DNA of 64,000 bases from a virus (Duplodnaviria; Heunggongvirae; Uroviricota; Caudoviricetes), in IMG/VR virus record IMGVR_UViG_3300046516_000964; one strand, written 5' to 3'. Below the pieces are notes generated by a model. That model did not search any database and was not told the origin of the DNA. It saw nothing but the letters and a program-made list of their open reading frames with translations. The position numbers and the translations under genes are program-made. Shown here one piece after another: positions 21,028 through 29,089 of the stretch. Numbering within the stretch: the stretch's first letter is position 1; each line of letters opens with the position of its first letter.

Positions 21028-21162
21028 ATGTGGTGTTCGATGGAGATTGGTGTTCCTGAACGTGAGATTGACGCGCAGCCGGCGGAGGAGCCGGTGCCGT
21101 CGCGTGAACCGGTCCCGGAGGAAACCCCGGCGGAGGTTCCCGGTGAGCCAGTGGGGGTCTAG
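21028..21162 (+). CDS. Small acidic Pro/Glu-rich protein (44 aa)
   Basis: Not in the ORF track. Palindrome-RBS-ATG architecture; GC3 about 66 %. Confidence 0.3.
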   Translation: MWCSMEIGVPEREIDAQPAEEPVPSREPVPEETPAEVPGEPVGV

Positions 21163-21859
21163 GAAACATCAGGAGGAGGAGCGGCGGAAAGCGTTGGAGC
21201 AGCGCGCTCGGCAGCTGGAGGAGTACAGGAAGAAGTTCATGGCGATGAAAATCCCGAGCCAGCCCTGGTCCTGGCAGGGCGGGTATTGGATATTGAGCGG
21301 GGGGGGTGGTGGTGGTGGTGGTGGTGGGCAGGGCGGTGGCGCGGCCTCGATCGTTAAGGCGTCTCTCGAGATGACGACCGCTCCGTTGCCGGAGCTCCCG
21401 TTGGTGTTCCAGACGGAGGTGGTGGTTGGGTGGAGGGCGTGGCACACCGGCTCGTTTTTGTCGAGGCACGGCGTGGAGACGACGGTGCTGATCCCGGTCG
21501 CTCCGGGCCACCGGATGCCGTTCTTCTACCCGCCGTTCCGTCGTTTCGAGGCGCTCTGCACGACCTCGCGTCATGAGGCACCGTTCCGGTCGTGCGCGTG
21601 CGGGGTGTGGGCGTTGAAGAACGAGGGTGATGTTTCCGCGGGAGCCGGGCACTATGGGCCGGAGGCGTGGGGCGAGGTGTCGTTGTGGGGACGCGTCCTG
21701 GAAACGAAGCTCGGTTACAGAGCGCAGTTCGCGTACCCGAAGTCTTTGCGGTGCGCGACCCCGGGGCTCGCTGAGGCGCTCAGTGCCACGTACGGGGTTC
21801 CGGCGGTTCACGACCGGAGCATCAACGAGATTTTCGATCGACCGGAGGGAGATGAATGA
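21143..21859 (+). CDS. Hypothetical Cys-motif protein (paralogue B) with a poly-Gly tract
   Basis: GTG at 21143 preceded by GGAGG (an alternative ATG is at 21239). RSCACGVWALKNEG...VSLWGRVLETKLGYRAQFAYP; (GGT)n encodes Gly10. The listed ORF starts at 20975 in Arg-rich sequence that is probably non-coding. Confidence 0.5.
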   Translation: MSQWGSRKHQEEERRKALEQRARQLEEYRKKFMAMKIPSQPWSWQGGYWILSGGGGGGGGGGQGGGAASIVKASLEMTTAPLPELPLVFQTEVVVGWRAWHTGSFLSRHGVETTVLIPVAPGHRMPFFYPPFRRFEALCTTSRHEAPFRSCACGVWALKNEGDVSAGAGHYGPEAWGEVSLWGRVLETKLGYRAQFAYPKSLRCATPGLAEALSATYGVPAVHDRSINEIFDRPEGDE

Positions 21860-22221
21860 GCTCAGCACTGACATACGGTGAGATGAGGTCGGAGGAGGAG
21901 CAGGCGGTTGACCGCGTCGTGTTGGCGCGGGTCCGGAAGGGGATCGAGCTTCTGAAGGAGAAGCACGGGGACGACTGGGTGGAGAAGATCGACCTGCGGA
22001 AACTGAAGCTTTCGAACAGCTCGTGTTGCGTGCTCGGGCAACTGTACGGGAAGTATGAGAACGGCTGCTACCAGATCTGGGGCCGGGGCACGTCCCGCAG
22101 TGATCAGCCGGTCGAGCATGGGTTCATGGCTCACGACTGGAGGATGTACAACCAAGAGTCGTGGCTGGAGCTGCAACGGGCGTGGGTGCAGGAGCTCCGT
22201 GAGATCGTGGGATCACGGTGA
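21856..22221 (+). CDS. Hypothetical protein
   Basis: 121 aa; ATGA overlap with the upstream gene. Confidence 0.55.
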   Translation: MSSALTYGEMRSEEEQAVDRVVLARVRKGIELLKEKHGDDWVEKIDLRKLKLSNSSCCVLGQLYGKYENGCYQIWGRGTSRSDQPVEHGFMAHDWRMYNQESWLELQRAWVQELREIVGSR

Positions 22222-22301
22222 GCGTCTGGACGCTCGTCCTCATCTACCTGGCGGGCGCCGCAACCGTGATCGCCGTCCAGTACGCCCGGCACCGCCCGTA
22301 A
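22218..22301 (+). CDS. Small membrane peptide (27 aa)
   Basis: Not in the ORF track. GTGA overlap with the upstream stop; VSVWTLVLIYLAGAATVIAVQYARHRP; its TAA stop lies inside a palindrome copy, as for many other genes. Confidence 0.4.
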   Translation: MSVWTLVLIYLAGAATVIAVQYARHRP

Positions 22302-22310
22302 CACGTTACG
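22297..22310. repeat. Palindrome CGTAACACGTTACG
   Basis: 21 nt upstream of the GTG at 22332. Confidence 0.6.
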
Positions 22311-22331
22311 TCAACGGAAAAGAGGTGGGGC

Positions 22332-22580
22332 GTGGAAGTGAGGTTCACGGAAACAGTCGATGAGCGGATGCCAACGTTCATCGGTGAGTACGACACCGAC
22401 CTCGACATCAACGGTAAAACCGTCAAGGTCAGCGGGGAGATAGCACGGGTCGGGAGCGGGGAAGCGTTCCTGCACAGCCTCACGATCGACTGTCAGGAAG
22501 GCATCACCGACCAGGAGCTCGCCGCGCTCCCCATCGAGGAGATCTCCAAGCTCGCCAAAACACACTTCAAACCCACGTAA
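22332..22580 (+). CDS. Hypothetical protein
   Basis: 82 aa; GTG start. Confidence 0.5.
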   Translation: MEVRFTETVDERMPTFIGEYDTDLDINGKTVKVSGEIARVGSGEAFLHSLTIDCQEGITDQELAALPIEEISKLAKTHFKPT

Positions 22581-22589
22581 CAAGTTACG
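22576..22589. repeat. Palindrome CGTAACAAGTTACG
   Basis: Contains the TAA stop of the 22332..22580 gene. No gene follows; an intrinsic terminator does. Confidence 0.55.
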
Positions 22590-22617
22590 CCCGAAATCCG
22601 CGACGGGCGTAAACACG

Positions 22618-22646
22618 GAGGGCCCCGAAAGGGGCCCTCTTTTTTG
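22618..22646 (+). terminator. Rho-independent terminator
   Basis: GAGGGCCCC-GAAA-GGGGCCCTC hairpin followed by TTTTTT. Confidence 0.7.
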
Positions 22647-22655
22647 TGCCCTAAA

Positions 22656-22907
22656 TCAGTACGGGTGCGCGCACTCCCCCAGCTCGTACGCGTGAAACCG
22701 CCATCTCGCGTAATCCTCCGCGCGTTTCACCGCAGCAGCCCGTAACGCGTTACGTTCCCGCTCCGTCGGCGGTCGCAGCCCTTTCCCGTCCATGTCCATC
22801 ATTCCGGGCGGCTCCAAAACATGGAGGCGAGCTCTTCTCAAGCACTCCTCCAACGGGGTCGGGTGCTCACGCATACGTCGACCCTCCGCACCCATTGCAC
22901 AGCACAC
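22656..22907 (-). CDS. Hypothetical protein
   Basis: 83-aa ORF convergent with the plus-strand block; contains an in-frame palindrome copy near 22741. Confidence 0.4.
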   Translation of the reverse strand: MCCAMGAEGRRMREHPTPLEECLRRARLHVLEPPGMMDMDGKGLRPPTERERNALRAAAVKRAEDYARWRFHAYELGECAHPY

Positions 22908-23235
22908 CAGGTCGGTGCAGATCAGCGTCCAAACACGCTCGATCGAACACCCTCGGAGGCACCGCCGGCCCGCCGACCAAAAGACCCTCCTGCAATCTCG
23001 GTAGAAGCTCCTCCGCGATCCGAGCGGCCATCACTCTCGACGAACGAGACGAAACAGCCTCGTCCACCGCGACCTTCAAAAATCCGGTCAAACTCATTCC
23101 TCTCGTATGGGCCGCGTCCCTCCATCTCGCGTTCTCGCTCTCAGACAAACGCACCGTCACCCTGTGTACAGCATTGTTCGTTTCCATGAGCAGCATTGTA
23201 CCACCAAGAGAGCAGCATTGTTCGTACGAGAACAT
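22867..23235 (-). CDS. Ribbon-helix-helix (CopG/Arc-like) DNA-binding protein
   Basis: HRVTVRLSESENARWRDAAHTRGMSLTGFLKVAVDEAV is an RHH signature. Start is probably the internal Met (MLLMETNN). Confidence 0.5.
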   Translation of the reverse strand: MFSYEQCCSLGGTMLLMETNNAVHRVTVRLSESENARWRDAAHTRGMSLTGFLKVAVDEAVSSRSSRVMAARIAEELLPRLQEGLLVGGPAVPPRVFDRACLDADLHRPGVLCNGCGGSTYA

Positions 23236-24069
23236 TTCCAGGGGGACGCAAAAATAGTAGGCGCGAGTCGCGCGAGCACGGGGCCACCTTGGCGCGTAAT
23301 CCGTGGGTAGGCGCGGGGTCGGATCCGGGGTGGAGGCGGCTCAGCGTGGCTCACGCGGGCACGCACGGGGCATCGGGTGGCAGGGTGCCGGGCGCGGGAA
23401 CGGGGGTTGGGTAGTCGCGCGGTGACCTAGACCTTTGGGGGGGGAATACCTAGACCTTTGGGGGGGGCGTAACGGGGTGACGGCAGGCATTCTGTGTAGG
23501 CGCAACGGTTTCCATAGGGGTTGCGTGGGTGGCCCGGGCGGGCGCGAGCTATAGCCCGGATCGGGTCGCATCACAATCGGCGATAGGCTCCGCAGCCTCG
23601 ACAACGGCTCGGGCAGGTCGTGCGCCGAACGGACAGTAGACGGCCATCCTGCGAGGGATAGCAAGAGTCTACCTACGGCCCTTCTCTGAGGGGTTATATG
23701 CCGAACCCTTGCGCGGTTGCCTATCGTGCGCTCCGAGGACCCTGAGTAGCGGCGTCCATGACTCCAGCTAGGTGCGTAACGGCGAAACGCTTGGGCATAA
23801 GGCTAGGTACTGCGCTTCGTCAAGCGGTCGGCTGCCCTCATTGGCTACCCGGTCATGTTGACTGAATCCCGGGCTGATAGTTGCCACCGGGATGGCGCAC
23901 CATACGCACACCCTCTCTCCGATCTCTCACAAGCTGACCTGGCTACCGGCCGGAGTCCACGGCAGATCGTTGAGCGAGAAGGACGTGACGCAGGTGTGGC
24001 GGCTGACCGCTGGCCGAAGCGCAGTACCTGAGGCTACTTCCTGATCGAGCAGCGCGGGAAGGAGACACC

Positions 24070-24204
24070 ATGTCTGCATCCCTGATCGCGCTCATAACGA
24101 TCGTGTCCGCCCTCGTGCTTGGCTTCGTCCCGGTCTACTGGGTCGCGAGAGCACAGAAGCGCGCAGCACGTATCAAGCTGATCCGGTCGTACACCGAGCG
24201 GTGA
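24070..24204 (+). CDS. Small membrane protein (44 aa)
   Basis: Not in the ORF track. RBS GGGAAGGAGAC; MSASLIALITIVSALVLGFVPVYWVARAQKRAARIKLIRSYTER. Confidence 0.45.
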   Translation: MSASLIALITIVSALVLGFVPVYWVARAQKRAARIKLIRSYTER

Positions 24205-24467
24205 TGGACAACGTCGAACGTCATCTACGTGACGCGGTGACCAGCGCCGACCGAGCCCTCGATCTCTACCGCCGCCAGGAATGGGAACGTGCTAACGCTC
24301 CACGCCTGCGACGGGAACGGATGGAAGCGAACTACCGCGAGCTCTACTGGCATCTCAACGAGCTCCAGGTCATCGAGTCCAGCCCTGAGATCGACCACCA
24401 GATCCGCCGCATCACCTGCAACATGCGGGTACTCGTGCACCGGCTCGGCTACACCCCATCCACCTAA
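24201..24467 (+). CDS. Hypothetical protein
   Basis: 88 aa; GTGATG overlap with the upstream stop. Confidence 0.5.
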   Translation: MMDNVERHLRDAVTSADRALDLYRRQEWERANAPRLRRERMEANYRELYWHLNELQVIESSPEIDHQIRRITCNMRVLVHRLGYTPST

Positions 24468-24703
24468 CCCTGCTACCTGCGCTGCTGGCTCAGGGAGTAG
24501 CCTCGAACCGGGAACGGGTTTGACTCTCCTACGTCACGAGTGCGACAATGTACTTATGACTAGACGAGAACAACCTAGTCCCATCTGGTGATGGGTTGCG
24601 TACCTAGCGTGGGTACCGCGTCCCTGGGTTTTCCACCAATCAGATCCCGACACCGTAACGGCGAAACGCCCGACACGGTAGAGGTCAGAGAAACGGAGAA
24701 CCC

Positions 24704-25732
24704 ATGAACGCTTCAACCACCGTAGTGGACCCGTTCGAAGCTCTCGGCATCGACACGTCCGAGATCGACGACGGAACCCAGGTGCTGAACCTGGAGGCGG
24801 CTGCCGAGGAGATCGGCATCCTCTCCAAGACCTTCAAGTCCCTCTCTGCCACGCTGAAGAAGGCTGGCAAGGAGAACAAGACGGTCGCGTACCACCTGCT
24901 CAAGTTGGCGATGAACGTCGTCAACGCTGCCGGATACCCCGTCATGTCGATGGAGACCGGCAAGGCATCGGAGTACGTCAAGCGGGTCAGCGCCGCGCTC
25001 TACGACACCTACTTCCCCATCCCGTCCGGCGAGAACGTGTCGGACGCGGAGAAGGCAGAGGCACGCAAGATGCGCAGCAACAGCCTCACCGCCGTCCGCC
25101 TCTGGTGGGGCGGTCGGAAGGGCGTCGGCGGGATGCGGGAATGCTTCGCCACCGCATACGTCATGGACAACATCGGGAACTACAAGCTTCACGCAGACGA
25201 CCTCCAGTCCCTGCAGAAGCCCGGTTTCCTGAAGTGGTCCGACCCCGACCCCGACTTCCCCGACCTGTTCTACCTGAAGACCGTGCCTCAGTTCCTCAAG
25301 GCGCCCATCGCGGAGCTCTACAAGCAGTCCGGCCTCGATGTGCCCGAGAAGTTCGGCGGTCCGAAGAAGGGCGGCAACGACAAGGACACCAAGTCGAAGA
25401 AGGTCACGGCGACCCAGTTCCAGACCACCGTCGCCGAAGGCATCGTCCGCTTCAACCCGCTCGTCATCGAGCAGTCCATCGAAGCGGCAGTCAAGGCCGG
25501 AGTTCGGCAGGTCCTGTCCGTCGGCGGCGAGATCGAGGGCCGCGAGGAGATCCGCGTGCTCAACGCCGCGATCATCAAGACCCTCGAGCTGTACCAGGCG
25601 CACCTCGACTCGAAGATCACGCCCGAGCAGCGCGAGCAGCTCGACGCGATCGTCGCGGTGCCCGACATCATGGCCGTCCTCAAGGACGAGGTCGAGCCCA
25701 AGGTCAAGACCACGGAGAAGGTCGCCGCCTAA
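24704..25732 (+). CDS. Hypothetical early protein (342 aa)
   Basis: Clean ORF with a strong RBS (GAAACGGAGAA); the 358-aa antisense ORF is spurious. Confidence 0.6.
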   Translation: MNASTTVVDPFEALGIDTSEIDDGTQVLNLEAAAEEIGILSKTFKSLSATLKKAGKENKTVAYHLLKLAMNVVNAAGYPVMSMETGKASEYVKRVSAALYDTYFPIPSGENVSDAEKAEARKMRSNSLTAVRLWWGGRKGVGGMRECFATAYVMDNIGNYKLHADDLQSLQKPGFLKWSDPDPDFPDLFYLKTVPQFLKAPIAELYKQSGLDVPEKFGGPKKGGNDKDTKSKKVTATQFQTTVAEGIVRFNPLVIEQSIEAAVKAGVRQVLSVGGEIEGREEIRVLNAAIIKTLELYQAHLDSKITPEQREQLDAIVAVPDIMAVLKDEVEPKVKTTEKVAA

Positions 25733-25828
25733 CCAGCCCGGCCGCTCCAACCCAGGGTCGCGGCCCGCGCTAGCTACGCAACTCGTCACCAGACGACACC
25801 GTAACGCCGAAACGGAGGTCTAACCCCG

Positions 25829-26044
25829 ATGCTGCAAGCACGCATCAAGGCGACCAACGACGAGACCAGCGAAACCCTCACCGTCGAGATCTACATCGGC
25901 GGGCGGAAAATCGCCGAACTCATCTCCGCGCACTGCTACGGAGACGACGACGTCACCGTCGATGCTCTCGCCTACGGTTTGGACGGGAAACCATTCGCCG
26001 AGGAGAACTTCCTCGCCCCGAAAGAACCACTCCCCGTCACCTAA
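25829..26044 (+). CDS. Hypothetical protein
   Basis: 71 aa; RBS AACGGAGG. Confidence 0.5.
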   Translation: MLQARIKATNDETSETLTVEIYIGGRKIAELISAHCYGDDDVTVDALAYGLDGKPFAEENFLAPKEPLPVT

Positions 26045-26086
26045 CCACCTAGCCCGCGCAGCATGCTGCGCGGGCTAACCCGTCGC

Positions 26087-26101
26087 CGTAACCGCGTTAC
26101 G
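26087..26101. repeat. Palindrome CGTAAC-CGC-GTTACG (3-nt spacer variant)
   Basis: 27 nt upstream of the GTG at 26129. Confidence 0.5.
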
Positions 26102-26128
26102 CTCCACCACTAGAAAAGGAGATCAGCC

Positions 26129-26563
26129 GTGATAGAACCGGCATCAGTCCGGCAAGCGGCCGAGAACCTCATCGTGCAGCACGGGCTCACAGGCTGGACG
26201 TTCGAGTGGGACGACACACTCACCACCGTCGGACGGTGCTTCCACAAGCGGAAGCAGATCACCGTCTCCCACCATTTCCTCGACAGCCCCGTGAAAGTCA
26301 TCGCGAACACGCTGCTCCACGAGGTGTCACACGCGATCGCCGGACCAAACCACGGTCACGACGACCACTGGTACCGGATCGCGCTCAAACTCGGCTGCAC
26401 CGGCACAACCTGCGCCGAAGGCGCCGTGCGCTCAGGTGACAAGCGTTACCTGCTCACCTGCCGCACCTGTAAGCGCACCTGGAAGCGTCACAAGCTCACC
26501 TACCGCTTCCCGCTCTGCCCGTACTGCAAGAAGATGCTCCACATCCACGACAACCACGCGTAA
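26129..26563 (+). CDS. SprT-like zinc metallopeptidase
   Basis: WTFEWDDTLTTVGRCFHKRKQITVSHHF...LLHEVSHAI (HExxH) plus a C-terminal CxxC...CxxC zinc ribbon. Confidence 0.7.
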   Translation: MIEPASVRQAAENLIVQHGLTGWTFEWDDTLTTVGRCFHKRKQITVSHHFLDSPVKVIANTLLHEVSHAIAGPNHGHDDHWYRIALKLGCTGTTCAEGAVRSGDKRYLLTCRTCKRTWKRHKLTYRFPLCPYCKKMLHIHDNHA

Positions 26564-26572
26564 CGAGTTACG
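26559..26572. repeat. Palindrome CGTAACGAGTTACG
   Basis: Contains the SprT TAA stop; 21 nt upstream of the GTG at 26594. Confidence 0.6.
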
Positions 26573-26593
26573 CGTTCTAGAAGGAGAAACACC

Positions 26594-26881
26594 GTGACCG
26601 GCGAACGCCGCTACCGGATCATCGTCATGACCCCGTGGTTTGCACCACCAGGGGACAACGTGATGGTGATCCGCACCGCAGACGAGACCCAGGTAGTCGC
26701 GACCAGCTGCAACGCGCTGTGCGACTACCTGAAAGCCAACTTCCATCCGCTCCACGAGTGGAAGTTCGAGTACCTGAGCCCCAGCCCGCAGATCGGCTGG
26801 CAGCCCATGACACGCTTCGCGTTCGAGAACGAGATGAAACGCGAACGCAGAGAGGACATCCTGAGCCGGCTCAGGCGCTGA
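26594..26881 (+). CDS. Hypothetical protein
   Basis: 95 aa; RBS GAAGGAG. Confidence 0.5.
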   Translation: MTGERRYRIIVMTPWFAPPGDNVMVIRTADETQVVATSCNALCDYLKANFHPLHEWKFEYLSPSPQIGWQPMTRFAFENEMKRERREDILSRLRR

Positions 26882-26897
26882 ACTGCAACACCCGACA

Positions 26898-26928
26898 AAG
26901 ACCCCGCTCACCACGGGGTCTTTTTTTA
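26898..26928 (+). terminator. Rho-independent terminator
   Basis: AAGACCCCG-CTCACCA-CGGGGTCTT hairpin followed by TTTTTTT. Confidence 0.7.
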
Positions 26929-27056
26929 TGCCCAGAAGCTCACAGCGCGGCGCGTGACGCACCGCAACCCCGTTACGCGAACACCACGTTGGGTTCTGCG
27001 TCCTGCGGGCTTACAGCGCGTCACGCTTAAGCGAATCTAGGTTGTCAAGGATCGGG

Positions 27057-27179
27057 CTAGCGAAGACGACCGAACAACCAGAACAGACCGATCACGATGA
27101 AAATCACGAGAGCGATCACTTCCAACGTGCCCGTGCTTATGTGCAAACCACCAGCGAGGATGTTCGCGAGAGTATTCAT
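27057..27179 (-). CDS. Small hydrophobic peptide (40 aa)
   Basis: Not in the ORF track. ATGA overlap with the stop of the 27176..27508 gene; MNTLANILAGGLHISTGTLEVIALVIFIVIGLFWLFGRLR. Confidence 0.4.
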   Translation of the reverse strand: MNTLANILAGGLHISTGTLEVIALVIFIVIGLFWLFGRLR

Positions 27180-27508
27180 GCGCTCTTCTTACCCCTCTCC
27201 TGTTCGTCGCGAAACAGTGGGTGCTCAACCAACACAGGCTTACGCGCCATCCGCTTCGGATGAATCGGCGTTGGTGAACCCTTCCGGTCTGGGCGCTCTC
27301 TCGCAACAAGCAACGAGAGCCCGTGCAAATCGTTCGGGTCCTTCTTCTGCGACTGCATCGTGTACGTCAACCCACGATGCTTCGCCATCTCCGCAAGCCT
27401 GTCAAGAAGCTCGTCCAGCTCGATGTTCTGCTCACGCTTAATCTCCGTGAGCACGAGCTCCGTCACGATCCTCAACTGCCTGTTGCTGAGCCGTAAACCC
27501 ATGCTCAA
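27176..27508 (-). CDS. Hypothetical protein, possibly a DNA-binding regulator
   Basis: 110 aa; the only minus-strand gene between two terminators, divergent from P2; TTG start. Confidence 0.45.
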   Translation of the reverse strand: MSMGLRLSNRQLRIVTELVLTEIKREQNIELDELLDRLAEMAKHRGLTYTMQSQKKDPNDLHGLSLLVARERPDRKGSPTPIHPKRMARKPVLVEHPLFRDEQERGKKSA

Positions 27509-27546
27509 AGCATATCGGATTTTCCCCTCGCGCGCACGAGGGGAGC

Positions 27547-27580
27547 CCTAGCCATTCCTACCCAGAAGGGGGTATACTTG
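27547..27580 (+). promoter_or_regulatory. SigA-like promoter P2
   Basis: -35 TAGCCA (27549-27554), 18-nt spacer, -10 ggGTATACT (27573-27578). Confidence 0.5.
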
Positions 27581-27678
27581 TAGTAGGGAGTAGCTCGTGG
27601 GCATTGAGGGCAGCTCCCTTTCCAACGGCGAACCTGCACGGCGGCGGGAAACCTTGTCCGGGTCCCGCCGCCGTTCGC

Positions 27679-27692
27679 CGTAACCAGTTACG
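27679..27692. repeat. Palindrome CGTAACCAGTTACG
   Basis: Lies in the P2 leader, 22 nt upstream of the ATG at 27715. Confidence 0.6.
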
Positions 27693-27714
27693 CAACCTAG
27701 AAGAAGGAGACCAA

Positions 27715-28038
27715 ATGGCCACCCATCAGGCAGCCAAAGTCATCGACGAATACGTCCGCGAACGCAAGGAACCCTACCCGTCCGAGGGACGCGGGCCCTA
27801 CCTCCACGTCGAGATCGAAGCGGACTACGACGAGCGCCTTACCGGAGAGCAGAAAACCGAGATTCTCCTGCAGATCTCCCACTGGATGCAGGAAGCTGTC
27901 GCGATCCTCAGCTTCGACAAGGCAACCGCCGTCACCAACAAGGTGCGCAACCAGGTACCCGGACAGCGATGGCGCAACATGACACCCGAGCAGCGCGAGA
28001 AGGTGTCCACACTGAGCGACGACATGGACCAGTCATGA
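27715..28038 (+). CDS. Hypothetical protein
   Basis: 107 aa; start MATHQAAKV with RBS GAAGGAGACC (the listed ORF begins at 27604). Confidence 0.55.
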   Translation: MATHQAAKVIDEYVRERKEPYPSEGRGPYLHVEIEADYDERLTGEQKTEILLQISHWMQEAVAILSFDKATAVTNKVRNQVPGQRWRNMTPEQREKVSTLSDDMDQS

Positions 28039-28247
28039 TCACACCAGCTGATCTGAAACTCGCCCGTGAGTACGACATCGAGCTCTCCGACAACGTGACG
28101 GGCGCCGGCGGACTCACGCTCCGAAACGCGATGTACTGCGGGCCCGCCAACTTCGGCACGATGCGTTTCGACGCGGACGACGGCAACACCTACTGGCTCC
28201 TGCCGAAGGAGATCAAGAGTGTGCGCGGGAAAAACGATGCCGCGTGA
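28035..28247 (+). CDS. Hypothetical protein
   Basis: ATGA overlap with the upstream stop; MITPADLKLAREYD... Confidence 0.45.
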   Translation: MITPADLKLAREYDIELSDNVTGAGGLTLRNAMYCGPANFGTMRFDADDGNTYWLLPKEIKSVRGKNDAA

Positions 28248-28435
28248 GGGGCGGCACCACAGGTTGTTTCTACATCGTCATCAGGCGTTTACCGGACGGC
28301 GTTGTCGAGCATAAACGCTGGCCGATGGTAGACCCGCATGACCCCGGCACGTGTATGTCAGCACGGATGAGCGCAAAAGCAGTAAGCGGGGAAGTATGGA
28401 TGGTGACACCCGCTATTTGCGCACCGCTGCCGTAA
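28244..28435 (+). CDS. Hypothetical protein
   Basis: GTGA overlap with the upstream stop; its TAA stop lies inside the next palindrome copy. Confidence 0.4.
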   Translation: MRGGTTGCFYIVIRRLPDGVVEHKRWPMVDPHDPGTCMSARMSAKAVSGEVWMVTPAICAPLP

Positions 28436-28444
28436 CTTGTTACG
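28431..28444. repeat. Palindrome CGTAACTTGTTACG
   Basis: 27 nt upstream of the ATG at 28472. Confidence 0.6.
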
Positions 28445-28471
28445 CTTCACTCCTAAGAAAGCGAGAACGAA

Positions 28472-28654
28472 ATGTCTACGACACTTATCAAGCAGTCGGA
28501 TGAAGAGCTGATCGAGCTCATCACCGAGCACATTCGCAACTGGAACCTCCTGCTCGAAGAGGCGTTCCTGGTTGAGGATGAGGCAACGATCGAGCAGATC
28601 CAGGCTCGGCTGCGCGAAGATCGCGAACAGCTTGCGGCGCTTCGGCGCGCATAG
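28472..28654 (+). CDS. Hypothetical acidic protein
   Basis: 60 aa; RBS AAGAAAGCGAGAAC. Confidence 0.5.
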   Translation: MSTTLIKQSDEELIELITEHIRNWNLLLEEAFLVEDEATIEQIQARLREDREQLAALRRA

Positions 28655-28660
28655 AAGGTA

Positions 28661-28729
28661 AGCCTCGTAGCTCAACGGAAGAGTAACGGCCCAATGAGGG
28701 AGATCCCGGTTCAACTCCGGGCGAGGCTT
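28661..28729 (+). other. tRNA-like element, possibly degenerate
   Basis: 7-bp acceptor pairing (AGCCTCG / CGAGGCT), U8, D-arm (GCTC-AACGGAA-GAGT) and T-arm (CCCGG-TTCAACT-CCGGG) are present, but I could not fold a canonical anticodon arm by eye. Confidence 0.3.
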
Positions 28730-28775
28730 TAGCCAGCCCGCCCCGCCTAAGCAGCTCGCGGGCTGGCTTATTCAG
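28729..28775 (+). terminator. Terminator-like hairpin
   Basis: AGCCAGCCCG...CGGGCTGGCT stem followed by a weak U-tract, TATTC. Confidence 0.4.
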
Positions 28776-28806
28776 CAGTCGATACCTAGAAAAGGAGACT
28801 CACGTT

Positions 28807-29037
28807 ATGTCCACCATCCCCCAGGTGGCTTTCACAGCACCCATCAAGATCGACAAAGAACAGGTGTGGAACGAGTTCTTGTCAGAGCTTCTCTCGCACC
28901 AGTTGCACCGCGTCCTTCACAACGAGCTCGAACTGCATGACGCATACATCTCGGGCGAACGTCAGCTGATGGACATTTTCGCGTCCGTCGCTGAAGAGGA
29001 CGACGACCCGCCACAGCTGTTCGACAGCTTCAGCTAA
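28807..29037 (+). CDS. Hypothetical protein
   Basis: 76 aa; RBS AAAGGAGAC. Confidence 0.5.
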   Translation: MSTIPQVAFTAPIKIDKEQVWNEFLSELLSHQLHRVLHNELELHDAYISGERQLMDIFASVAEEDDDPPQLFDSFS

Positions 29038-29089
29038 AAACCACGATCAGGCCCGCATCATGCGGGCTTTGGTCGTTACGGGAGAAACC

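Noticed and set aside
21014-21874. 286-aa minus-strand ORF
   Set aside because: Antisense to paralogue B (21143..21859). Its translation is Arg/Pro-rich, and the poly-Gly codons read as poly-Pro on this strand.
24480-24700. Possible fifth promoter (TTGACT...AATGTACTTA) upstream of gene 24704
   Set aside because: The spacing between the -35 and the -10-like element is non-canonical (about 23 nt), so I leave it as unconfirmed.
24713-25789. 358-aa minus-strand ORF and the Arg-rich plus ORFs at 25105..25773 and 25338..25823
   Set aside because: They mirror the real 24704..25732 gene. Their composition is extremely Arg/Gly/Leu-biased and the GC3 pattern supports the plus-strand 342-aa frame.
28661-28729. 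Considered calling this a bona fide tRNA gene
   Set aside because: Acceptor, D and T arms fit, but I could not form an anticodon stem by eye. I report it as a tRNA-like element and leave it for tRNAscan or Infernal.
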